From contig NC_090596.1 of the NCBI RefSeq assembly GCF_000497125.1, positions 1,674,001-1,738,000 of the forward strand: a DNA stretch of 64,000 bases. The letters are read 5' to 3'. The DNA comes from Spironucleus salmonicida. Lineage: Eukaryota. How positions within the stretch are numbered: the stretch's first letter is position 1; each line of letters opens with the position of its first letter. A program made the position numbers and the translations under genes. This document shows positions 28,525 to 40,583 of this stretch, one piece after another. A model generated the notes under the pieces. That model made no database searches. It had not been told where the DNA came from and worked only from the letters and a program-made list of their open reading frames with translations.

Positions 28525-28843
28525 CTCATAAAGGACATCATGATTTTTTAAACATAACGCTTATAGTTCTCCTAACTAAATTATAATTGTTGGTAAAATT
28601 ATAATTATTAGGGAATATGAATAATTTTTACAACATAAACATATTTCTAGGTTATATTTAGTATCTATTCATGATAATATAACTCAAATAATAAATAGAA
28701 TATTTAGAAATAAGAATTAGTTTAATAATAACTTATTCATCTAACAAATATAAATAATTAAATCCTATTATAGCAGTTTATAATTTAATTTTTAATATAA
28801 TTATGATTAACTTAAATATATTTAGTTATATATTATATTTAAA

Positions 28844-29623
28844 ATGAATGAAATTTTTTAACTTTGCTTACAAGGATTTGAAAGAGATAATAGTATTATA
28901 ACTACATTAGATGCTTATTACATCTATATAATTTAAAAATGCCATTAAATATAACCGGAAGATCTAAATTTATTAAATATAATTATTAAAAAAACGAAAC
29001 TGATTTTATTAAACCAGACCTATCTAAGTAGTATGGATTAATTCTTATCACCATTATAAAAAACGTATCTAGGTATTAATTATTAAAGTAAGAAACAACA
29101 ATTAACTAAGCTTACTAAAGATTAAATTATTTTTGATTATTATCCAAAGTAATTTTATGACAGACTTATTTTTCTTATAAACTTACCACATAGGTCTGGA
29201 ATATTTTTAGAACCCTATTTATACTTTCAAATTTTCGGAGCTAAATATGAAATTGGTTTAGAAATATTAAATATGTTATTTGATAATTAAGTAAGCGGCA
29301 TTGTCTCTTTGAATGATAGATAGCAAACATTAATAAATAGATTTGATAAATTTCCATAATTATATTTTTCGGAGAGATTATCAGCAATGATAATAGATTG
29401 GTTATATAATATTTATGAATTTAAAGAAATTGAAAATATTAAATAAATGCACAAATTTATAGATTTGTAAATTTATAATCATTTACCGACGTAAAACTAA
29501 TTAAAATTAGTCATATATTTAGCTACAGATTATGGCAGACTATTAGATAGGAATAAAGCATTATGTTAAATAAGTATTTTGTGGATTAATGATACATTAA
29601 ACTTTTTGAAGTTAATTTAGTGA
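28844..29623 (+). CDS. Hypothetical protein (259 aa)
   Basis: AAAATG start, open to TAG TGA. Confidence 0.7.
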
Positions 29624-29677
29624 GGTATTTATTATACTTATATTTAATAATAATTATATTATTAAATTCCGCAAAGA

Positions 29678-31822
29678 ATGACAACATCACCACTTGAAGT
29701 ATTTATTCGTTTTCGTCCTGCACCAAAACCATCTAAAGAGATTATTGTTGAACCTAATTTGTAGAATTTATCAGTAATTAACCCTGTTAATTAATAAAAA
29801 CTCTCATTCACTTTCAATGAAATTTTACAAAATGCAACTTAAGAATAAGTTTATGATAAAATTTGTTCTAAATAAGTGTAGCATGCTATATAAGGATATA
29901 ATGCATGTGTATTTTCATATGGTATGACATCAGCTGGGAAATCATATTCTACAGTAGGAGATAAAGCTCTTACATACAAAACCAGAGGAATGGTTTCAAG
30001 AGCCATAGAAGACATATTCAAACATCAATAGTCATGCCCTGGCTTAGTATTTGAGGTCAAATTCTCATCAATAGAAATATTTAATGAAAAAATGATTGAC
30101 TTACTCAGACCATTGAACTCAAATATGTAATAACCTCAAATATAAGAAACAAACGACACTGTGACAGTTAAATATATGTCAGAAGTGTAATTACATAATT
30201 TATCAGAGGGGTTAGAGTTATTATTCTCAGCTGAGTCTTCACGAACAGTTGGAAATTCTTCACTGAACTCTAGTTCTTCAAGATCGCATGTAGTTTATAT
30301 TATAAATATCAAGTAGTCATCAAGGGTTGACGATTCTGCGTAGGCATTAACAAGTAAATTATATTTAGTCGATCTGGCTGGATCAGAAAAATAAGGTTCA
30401 GATGATTGTTCTGCATATATTAATAAATCTTTGGCATCATTAGAACTTTGCATTAATTCTTTAACTAAAAATAACACTCATATTCCGTTTAGATAATCAA
30501 AATTAACACATATTCTTAAAGATTGCTTAGGTGGATCTTCCAAAACTACATTATTAGCTTGTGTTAGACCCGATGATGAATTTATTTTAGAATCTATATA
30601 GACGCTTAGATTTGCATAAAGAGCAGTTAATATCAAAACGGAAGCATCTGTGAATGTAATTAATCGTATATTCGAACAAAAAGGTGATTAAAGAGGAATA
30701 AATTCTTAAGTTTCATAAGCATTAGCAGAAGCATTAGAAAGTCAAGGAGCTACAGGCTAATTACAGGCTAAGGTTTTACGATAATTAGAAGCAGAAAATA
30801 AAAAGTTGAAATAAGAAATTCTTATTCTTACTGGCAATGCAGCCCAATACGATACAACTGCAGACTAAGAAGGATTGAAAAGAAACTTAGATGGATGGTT
30901 ACAAGATGCTGCAAAATTACCTGATTTGTCGTCTAGATCTGATTTCATCTTCTGCTTGGAGTTTATGAAGTCTAAGTATCTTTCAGCGTAAGAAGAGAAT
31001 TTGTCAGCTTCTAGAAATTTAAGCAAATAGTCAAATAGGTAGCCATAATCTTAATTGTAGCAAATTGATTCTACAGCAAAGCCAGTTGAGGCTTAAAAAT
31101 AACCACCAAAAACCTCATCAAGATAGGAAAATATAACATAAAATTAGATTCTTGGAAAACTTCAGGAAACTGGTGTGTTATCAGTTTCTCGTGCACCATA
31201 AGGCATGTAAGTGGCTTCGACATTGACAAACTCCACACTCAATGCAAGAAACTTTTAACAAGATGATAATTTGATAGATAATTAGGATGAGAAGTAGAAA
31301 TTTGATGAATTTAGATAATCAGAGAGAGGAAGAACTCTAGCAACATAATTATCAGAAGCTAGAAACACAACTAGAAACTAAAAAGATGTTGCAAAATAAT
31401 TACAAAAAGAGATAATAGATATTAATGGTTAATTATAGTAAAAGTAGACTTCTTTGAAAGAAATAGCTGAAAAATTTTAAGAGGAACAATAAAATGAGAG
31501 TTAAAATATAGTTAATTATAAAGAGAATCAGCAAGCAACTATACATCTTGATGAGATGAAAGCCATAGCTTAAGATATTTAAACATTAGAATAAGGTAAC
31601 GAGAAATTACTATCGTAATATAATCAGTAAAGAGATGAGATTGATTAGTTGAAGGTGAATGAAGATTATTTGAGAAAAAAGTTAATGGTAGCATTTGAAA
31701 GTTATTGTGCAGGCTTAAATAAGAAAATGGATGAATATAGAGAGGATGAAAAAGAGGTATAAGAGAATGCATTATATACTAATGTTTTATAGAGGACTTT
31801 GGCTAAAAATAAAAGGCATTGA
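29678..31822 (+). CDS. Kinesin, probably kinesin-9 (KIF6/KIF9) family (714 aa)
   Basis: VFIRFRP, YGMTSAGKS, NSSSSRSH, LVDLAGSE, HIPFRQSKLTHILKDCLGG and a C-terminal coiled coil. Confidence 0.93.
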
Positions 31823-31856
31823 TATTATGGATTATAAAAGTGAATGAAATGTAAAA

Positions 31857-32969
31857 TCATTATGTTACAATGCTAACTACATCCTCATCAGATAATACAT
31901 GTGCTTTGCCGACATGCTATCCCATATGCTTAGTACTTCTACCCCATACAACTGCATATTTCATTTTCGCAAGTAGATCCTTATGGATATTAAGCACAAA
32001 TTATTCCACTGTTGGTATCTGACGTCTTGTTCTTAAAATAACAGGTTCTTCTAAATCAGCTTATCCACCACGTGGACGTGTATATACTCTAATAATACCT
32101 AATTTTTACCATATTTTTTCTAATAATTCGTCAAGATTCCAACTTTGCTTGCATGATATAGGTACCCAATTGGGAAGTGAATCAAATAGATCCAATTCCT
32201 AAATTGTGATAGAGTCTATTTTATTCACAACATATAAAGCAGGTAAATATGCTCTGTTTCCTTCTACGACGTCAATTAATTCGTCTACAGTAGAATCAGG
32301 CAAATTAACATAGACATCTGCATTAAATATTTTATATTCTGCTAAAATAGATGCTACTAAGGCATCATTTAAATATTTAAGTTCGCAATTTGTTTATAAT
32401 GCTACTCCACCTTTATCACGCCTCTCAACTCTGATATCTGGTACACGCTTATTAAGTCTGATACCAAAACCTTCTAATTCATATTCAATTTTTCTCTTCA
32501 TTTCTAAACTCTTAGTAGCATCTAAGATAATTAACAGTAAATCAGAAGTTCTGGCAGTGGCAATAACCTATCTACCCTTACCTCTATTATCCTTAGCACC
32601 CTCTATAATACCTGGTAAATCTACCATCTAAATTTTTGTATCCTTATAGAAAATAGTTCCTGGTATGGCAGTAAGAGTTGTAAATTCATAAGCTGCGACT
32701 TCTGATTTTGCAGCAGTGAGCTTAACTAATAAAGAAGATTTACCAACAGAAGGAAAACCAACTAAACCAACTCTGGCATGACCAGTCTTTTATACGTCGA
32801 AGCCAACACCACCAGATCCAGATTTTTTAGTAGTTTACTAAATAAGGTCATTTCTTAGCTAAGCTAATCTTGCTTTTAATCTACCTACATGAAATTCTGT
32901 GGCCTTATTCTTTTGTGTGCGATTAATCTCATCTTCAATGTCTTGAATCCTACGCATAGTGTCAGACAT
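31857..32969 (-). CDS. DRG1: Developmentally regulated GTP-binding protein, DRG1-like (370 aa)
   Basis: [36 protein letters not shown] and a C-terminal TGS domain ending DEDVV. Confidence 0.95.
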
Positions 32970-33025
32970 TTTTCTAGGAGTGGTAATTAAAAAGCAAAGT
33001 GTTATTAAAATATAAAATTTTAACT

Positions 33026-33649
33026 ATGAAAATGAGCAAAGAAATAGAAATTAGATAGATTTTATAACATGAAGTACTTACTGATTTTTGTGAAAACAAG
33101 TACCAATTTGATTATTTATATAGTCTCAGAAATGAAATATAATTAATCAGATTTGATTTGTAAAATTTTAATCAAGTGTTAAAGAATGATTTAAAAAAGG
33201 AATAAAATTCAATATTATGTTTGATTCAATAAGTGAATGATGTATTTACTTGTTTTGTAGGAAAATAGAAACAGGTATAGCATCAAAACAAAAATGACGA
33301 AGAATTTTATCTTAGAAAAATTTATGAATTGTAGAAAAATGTACCTAAAGTGCTTATTGACTTCAAAAACTAAACTCGCTTCAATACTTAGTCTCATATT
33401 CATATAATTAAAGAATGTAATTTACTCCGGCAATAAATTTAAATCGTATAAAAAACTCTAGAATAATAAATTAATTTTCAGTAATTATCCTAGTCAATTA
33501 TTCCATATATTAAGGCTGTTGGCAAAGCAGCTTCTTAGTTGAATACTAAACCCTAGTTTATCAATTAAGAAATAAACAATCTATTATTATTAATTAAAAA
33601 TTTAAATATAGAAAATCAAATTTTAATTCAGTAACTAATAGATAAGTGA
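33026..33649 (+). CDS. Hypothetical coiled-coil protein (207 aa)
   Basis: Open frame MKMSKEIEIR...QQLIDK-TGA. Confidence 0.7.
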
Positions 33650-33651
33650 AA

Positions 33652-33736
33652 CGCCATCCAGCCAGAGTTGAACTGGGGGTCATAGACCAAACTGGAGTTG
33701 AAATCCAGCGCGAAGACCGCTTCACCACAAGATGGC
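33652..33736 (-). tRNA. tRNA-Sec (anticodon UCA)
   Basis: GCCATCTTG TG GTGAAG CGGT CTTCGC GCTGGA TTTCAAC TCCAGT TT GGTC TAT GACC C CCAG TTCAACT CTGG CTGGATGGC G. This folds to a 9-bp acceptor (one U-U), 6-bp D stem with 4-nt loop, UCA anticodon, long variable arm, 4-bp T stem and G73, the eukaryotic 9/4 tRNA-Sec fold. Confidence 0.95.
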
Positions 33737-33959
33737 AAAATCATCCACTTTTATGCTTTCCCTAGTAAATATTTTTAATTCTTGATATATTACTCGTTTC
33801 GAAGGTCTTTGTTTGTGCAGCAAAGCCTAAGTTACCAATTTATTACCTCGTACTTTCCTTTTATTGTTTTTTAGAGCTAACTTTCGATTTAACTAAATTT
33901 TCTGTTCATCACATTTCTAAATATCATACATAATTCAGCATAAAACCCTAAAAATCAAA

Positions 33960-34748
33960 ATGGAGGCTTGGTTAACTGCAGCTCGTATGAACGACATTCC
34001 AACGCTCACGCGCCTAGCCCCAATTTATCTATCTTCAACACACAATAACCAAACCGCTCTGATGCTCGCATGCCGATCCAACAACTTTGAGGCGGCAGAA
34101 TTTTTACTTGCCGAAAAGGACATTTTAGATGACCAAGATCGATCTGCGCTCTTCTACACCCAAACCCCGAGAATAGCGAATCTTCTGCTCTCGATAGCAT
34201 CGATTCCCGATCGTTCAGGGACCACTCCACCGCACCACTTCGCAGTTCAGCAAAACGTTCAAGTATGTCGTGTTTTTTTCGAGTATGCCCTCCTACGTGA
34301 CACGAAGGGACGGACCCCTCTGCACATCGCTGCAGAACTTGGAAACTTCGAGATTTGCGAGATTTTCAGCGAGGCGATCGGCGCGAAAGACGACGAGGGC
34401 AAAGCTGCGCTCCTGGGGGCCGTCGCTGGAGGTTTCGTCGAAATCTGCAGATTTCTGAGCAGTGAAGTGGACGAAATGAGTTTGCGATTTGCGAGTTTTA
34501 GCGATCAAGAAATACTCGAAATTTTGGTCGGCAAAATTGAGGATCCGATGGCAATAAGCGCAGATACCAGACAGTTAGTATTTGAAAAATTGGGCCTAAA
34601 GGGATGGGGCCAATTTAACGGAGAGCAAGATGGCGAAATCCAAGTTGACGAGGACGTTGAATTCGAGGCAATTCGCCGTTAGATAATTGCGAACTAAGAA
34701 AAATTAGATATGTAGGATTAAAGTGAATTTAAGGTGGAGTTTGAATGA
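33960..34748 (+). CDS. Ankyrin-repeat protein, diplomonad protein 21.1-like (262 aa)
   Basis: TALMLAC, SALFY and GRTPLHIAAELG repeats. Extends past the track's TAG to GAA TGA. Confidence 0.92.
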
Positions 34749-34787
34749 GATAATATTATATATTATATAATATTATAATTGGTTGAA

Positions 34788-35027
34788 ATGGAGGTAGAAT
34801 GCCTGAATGGGCAAAAAGAATTATAGATAGTTTAGGAGAATGAGATACTAGAAATATTGATTTGTTAACAAAAATAGTTGCAAGAGGACCTTAAAAACTG
34901 TTTGTAGAAGCTAGAAAAGTAGAAAAGTAGTATTATTCTAAGTCGTGAAGAGTTAGCGTAACAGATAGTTACTAGTCTTATCAATGATCAAAATTCTAGT
35001 TAAAGCACTTCTTATGTGTTTGAGTGA
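34788..35027 (+). CDS. Small coiled-coil protein (79 aa)
   Basis: MEVECLNGQK...YVFE-TGA (AGTGA end). Confidence 0.6.
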
Positions 35028-35224
35028 TTAGTATTTCAATAGGATCATGTTTTCTACTAATTCGTTTTTACTTATTAATGCATTAGTTGAGACTATAGGC
35101 GAAGAGTATTAAGCTCGAATTTTAATATATTCGACAAGTGATAAAGTTCTCCTCACTTTATAAAATTAAATTAAATATTTAACAATATTATAATACATTT
35201 ATTATAACTAAATAATTTACAGAA

Positions 35225-35749
35225 ATGGATATTTCAATATTATTACAGTAGTTGCACACATTCCCAATTCCACAGTCTATATCTAACCTATACAAACATT
35301 GTGCTGATCCAGAACTTCTTAAAGTTCATAATAATGACACAATCGGTATAACAAGCTACCCATAATCTTAACAGGCTAGCTCTTAGCTTCCACTTGCTAG
35401 ATTTTTCTTAACTTAAAAAAACTAGGAACAGACACAGCTTATTTTTCTAAAAAATATGAAGCTTTTAATGGATTTTATCAATATTTAGTTCTTCCCTTCC
35501 GATCTGTAAATCAAGCGTGAAACGCGATTTGCACTTGCAAAATAACAAGAATTTAGGGATGCTAGTGTCGATTTCGTGTTCAGTTCTCTCAAGCCTAGCT
35601 TTGACCGCGTAATTAAGTGGGTAGGTGACTACGATGAATTTAAAATCATTATCAGGGCTGCATTGTGGCTGTGCGTTGATAATGATGCCAGGAGGGAACG
35701 AGGAGAACCTGAAACTGCACTAGATGAGTTTATGAGTCTGAAAAAGTGA
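35225..35749 (+). CDS. Hypothetical protein (174 aa)
   Basis: MDISILLQQL...FMSLKK-TGA. Confidence 0.75.
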
Positions 35750-35750
35750 G

Positions 35751-36179
35751 TCAAATTCTTTCAGATTCATGACAGAAATCCAGAAACTAGACGTCCTTAT
35801 CACGCTGTTTTGGAATTTCACGGTCTACTAGCGTAGAATCGATTACAGCTGATAGAACCTCTTTTTTTGAATTGTCGAAAAGCTGTAAAAATGCTTATGC
35901 TGACCTTTTGAATGGAATTGTTCCTGGTATTATTATATTATATTCGCAAATTTCACGAAAATTGTTATCCTCAGCAGCTATAATCAGCTATTCGAAATTA
36001 TCAGATTCTGGTAGCAAATTTATTGAAAGTGTAGGCCAAAATTCACGTAAATTGAAGCAAAATGCAGCTAAATCCTTGAAATTTGATTATTTAGAAAAAT
36101 GAATGATACAGATACACTAGTTCGATAAAATTTTTTCAAAATCATTATAGAACGTTAGAATAGCTAATTTATTTTACAT
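35751..36179 (-). CDS. Hypothetical protein (142 aa)
   Basis: MQNKLAILTF...HESERI-TGA. Confidence 0.7.
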
Positions 36180-36294
36180 TTTAAATAGAATATAGAATAT
36201 AAATTATAGTATAAAAGAACACTTTATTGTGAAATTAATATTTAAGTGGTAAGACTTATATTGAATATTATATCGTTTATACTATATTTGAATA

Positions 36295-36801
36295 ATGACA
36301 GAATAAGGATAATCATATAAGCGTTGGACCTCACAGGAGATTCTCACATTATTAGGTGCAGTTGAGAAATGCCAAGATATATCTGGACGGATTCAATGGA
36401 AATAAGTTACCGAGGATTTAAATGTTACAATTAATTAAGCAAAAAGGCAGTACAACAATATTAAGCATAGACATCCTGAAATAATAGAGTAATAAAAATC
36501 AATGGTCGAGACAGAGTCATGTGACCTCCTTAGACAATCATCACTTTCAAAGTCACTAACTCGTTCAAAAAAATAACTGGAAGAGTGGACTCCAAAACAC
36601 GAAGAAACGTTTAAACTATGCATTTCTAACTTTGGTGGTGATGTTGCAGCTATTTCTTAGTATTTTCCAGAATAACCAAGGCATACGATTGAAGAAAAAA
36701 TTGTAGAATATAATCATAAACCTCAACTATAGTTTACAGATAATTGTCAGGATGAGCAGTCTGAGGAGTTAGATTTTGATGTGCTAGATTTAGGGATGTG
36801 A
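36295..36801 (+). CDS. Myb/SANT-domain protein with two repeats (168 aa)
   Basis: RWTSQEILTLLGAV...IQWKQV...QAKRQY and EWTPKHEETFKLCISNFGGDVAAISQYF. Confidence 0.88.
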
Positions 36802-36985
36802 GAGTTTATTTCAAATGATCAAGATAATTTTTTTAAAGAAATATCTAAAATTATTTTAATGTTATACAACTATTTATAGAATTTCTAGTATAGTAAGATA
36901 AAGTATATGTTAAAACAAAAATTGTATTTTGTTACGTTATTATTTATTATTAAGTAATTAATGTATTTCCTTTTCACATTTTAAA

Positions 36986-39900
36986 ATGTTGATCCTTCTT
37001 TAACTTATTTCATAGTATCGTTATGACGGAGAGACGTTTAAAGATGAGTTTTGGAATGATCCTACCTATTCTATATTTTTAACCAAGTCTATTACTTTAG
37101 ATACTACAGTTAACGAGTTAAAAGCAAAAATCTATGGAAATGGTTTAGTTATTACTTGTACTGAAATCTGTTTTAACTCTATTTCATAGGATGCAGCTAT
37201 TATTAATGTTTCTTTTATTTTTGTAAATTAAGATGGCAGTAATACTATCGCTAAAACAATAACTGGTGGATATTTATATTAAGTTGGTATTTAAGGGAAC
37301 GGATTAGTAGCGACTACTATAACTTTATCTTCGTTAAACTATTGGTCTGGTGGAGTAATATGCGATGCAATTTCTCTGTCTAATATTACAAACAGCGACC
37401 TTAGTGCTACAATGGTTAAAACTGCAAATAAAATTAATATTGTCAATTCACGTTTAATTTATCCAACTGAAGTAAATTTATTCTGTACTGATGTTAGCTA
37501 ATGTATTATAAATATTATTTACAATAGTTTTATTCATTCCTTAATTCCAGTTACAAAAAGCATTTTTACTAGCGTAGCTACTGTTTAAAATTCTAATATC
37601 CTAGTTAAAGAGATGAGTGTTTCTATATTAGGCTCAGTTTAAAGTTACTTAAATTCGACATTTTAAATTATGACGTTAACTGGTAGCAATTAAGGCGTTC
37701 TTAGCACATCAATTTAATAAGTATTAATTAATAACTCCTATATTTTAATAGAAACCATGACTGCTTCGGAGGGATTTAGTCTTCTGACTGCTGGATTAAA
37801 TTTATAATCTTCTGTGTTGAATATTAGTAATATTAATTAAGCTGTTTTGTTCTAAACTTTATCATAACTTACTTTAAACAATTCTCTAATCTTAATTGAT
37901 AAATTTTAACTTACAGGTAGTTCTAGTTTATTTGCTGTTAGCTCAAATAACTGTAATCTACTTAATTCTGTTATAACAATATAAAACGGCTAGATATTAG
38001 GAGATCAGGATTAGTTAACATTATTTATACCACTTATTTAATCAATGGCTATAACTTAGTTTACTTTTAATTTGAATAATCTTACTTAAACTGGAAATAT
38101 CAAATAATTAAGCGTATTTAGTTAATAATTATAAGGTACCTATAATAATTGGTTTGTTAATTTGCATAATATATCTTTTTAAGAAGCGACAGTAACAATT
38201 ATTTCGAACAGTTAAGCATTTTTAACTAATGCATAAAATCTTACTATGAACATTCAGAATATGACATTTTCAAAATAAGGCTAGTAAATCTTTATTCTAG
38301 GTCAGGGATCCTATAATTTTGCATCTATTACATTCAATGCAACTAATCAAAAAATGCCACTAAAAATGTCTTTATTCTCAGATAATTCTAATTTAATAGG
38401 TGGTCCAAATCTCTTTTTAAACGTAATTTAACCTATAATTCCAGTAATTATTTTTGCTTTCAAAGAAACATTATGCCCAAATTGCGTTAATCTTTGTTTC
38501 ATTAGAGGAGTGACAACCACTTCTTAACAATGTACATCATACAATAACCAGCCTTTAGCATGGTATAACACGTAATCATTTGAACCTATTTTGAAGATAG
38601 AACCTATCCTTAATTTCACACTAACAAACAAAGTATTCTACATCTACTCCTTTACCGATTAATTGTAATTTTAGTGTGCCACTCCAAACTGTGACAATAT
38701 GGGAATAAATTAACTAAATTGCTAAAATTTTGCTTGTTCTTATGATTTTTGTGACTGTATATAATGTACACCAAATTTGATTTGTTAAAAATCTGAAAAT
38801 CGTGAAAAATAGGGGACAATTTAGCTTGCAAACTTCACTTTTTGTGATTTGCAATATGAGCTTAAAGCGAAATAATGCGTTGTAAATTGCTAGATTTTGA
38901 CTGTTACAGAGTCAAACTGCAATAATGTAGGGACTTAAAATTCAGTCTGCTAATAAAATTCTATAACCGAGCGATTTGGATGCATTTGTCCATCAAATAT
39001 TGATTTCTTAACGTCTCCAGATCTCACGTGTCAGGAGGGATGCCAGAATATCAATTCCACACAGGGTATTTGTTCAGGTATTTAATAGTCGATTTGTAAG
39101 CTTAACTATTTTAACAGCAATGATTAATATCTTTGTGACTTAAATTTCTGTGATTTCAGTCCAATCGGAGCGGCCTGCTCCTACCCAGGAAGCCAATTTA
39201 AACCCTCTTAGACTCTTAATTATCAGTGCTATAATATTATCCCAGATCATTCCAGATGTTACTCACCTCAAGTATTCACGTATTGTTCAACCTGTGAGCA
39301 ATTTAAAAGTGGAAAATGCTAAGTAGTAAACTATAATGAATAAACTATTAATTAGACGCTCAGCTAGAATATTGTGATGGCGTAGCTTTCATGTAACTGC
39401 ATTAGAACTGGATACACAGGTTAGTTTTGTTAAAATTATAATTGCAATGACGCTGGAAATTTAAAATGTGAATCTCATGGGATTTGCTTATAATCTGGGA
39501 AGTGCTAATGCGACAAATACACATTTTAAGAAAGCACCGGAAACTGCATTTTGGGCTGCTCAAATCAGATAATTTTCTATGGATAGTGTGTTGGGTAGAA
39601 TCTACTTAATTGCTACGGTGTGAAGAGCATTATTTTAGGTGCTAAGCCTGGTGCAAACTGTGCGGATTGTAGATAAGCCAGATTGTTGAACGTTGACCAA
39701 TGTGGGAAGAACGGCGTCTGTTCAGATTTTACTGGGCTTTGTGTTTGTAATTAAGGACACTTTTTATACAAAACTGGATTTTGCGAGCCCCCAAGAAAAT
39801 GTGGTAGTGGTAAATTCGTATATGATCCAATAATGTTCGAATTTTCATGCGATTGTGGAGGGCTGAACAACGTGAATTCAGATGGTAGCTGCCGCGTTTT

Positions 39901-40063
39901 TGTTGGTGCAGTGGCTACTATATCAGTTATTTTCAGTTTGCTTGCTATTGGTATTGCAGTATTTTTAATAGTTTTCTTCGTCCGGAGGGCAAGGAATTCA
40001 AAGGTCAAGGCTTCGCGGATGACAGTTACAGGGAAGTCAGTTGCGCGTTACTTTGTTGAGTGA
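36986..40063 (+). CDS. Cysteine-rich type I membrane protein (1025 aa) with EGF-like repeats
   Basis: Short hydrophobic N-terminus and about 500 aa of beta-helix-like N/S/T/I-rich sequence. Then CxC/EGF-like units (CNCIRTGYTGQFC, CGKNGVCSDFTGLCVC), a TM segment and a basic tail RRARNSK. Confidence 0.88.
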
Positions 40064-40075
40064 GATAAATATAAT

Positions 40076-40477
40076 TCATACATATTACAGCAGCTACCGT
40101 ATTGTCTCTTCTAGGACTTCGTTATCTAATACACGGGATTCTGCTTCGCAAAGTTCATCTAGGAGACCATAAGCATCGTTTTTTGATACAGGAAGATTAA
40201 GGGCCTTGAAAATAATTAGCACTTATCGCTAATCAAAAAATGGACGCATATTCGTTAATATTTAGTAATTATAAGGGTAAGCCTTTGCCTGGTCTATGAG
40301 GTCTAAAATTGTATCCTTATTGATAGATATAATTTATTTTAGTTCCATATAGGCTAAAATAATTTCTTTTTCGAGTTTGATCTCATGTTTTGTAATAAAA
40401 TTCATAAGATCGTCAATGTTAATATTAGAATATGGGAGCTTTCCTAAATCTACATTATACTGTAATTCCCATTCCAT
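40076..40477 (-). CDS. Hypothetical protein (133 aa), possibly degenerate EF-hand fold
   Basis: MEWELQYNVD...QLLQYV-TGA. Confidence 0.7.
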
Positions 40478-40583
40478 TTTCAAAGTGATTGATAATTTAT
40501 ACATATAAATAATAGAATAATTGTCAAACCTTTTCTCATTATATTATATAGTTATTATAAAATCGTAATATAGTCCTAAGTAA

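Noticed and set aside
33943-33952. AAACCCTAAA telomere/telo-box-like motif before the ankyrin gene
   Set aside because: Single copy, expected by chance in AT-rich DNA.
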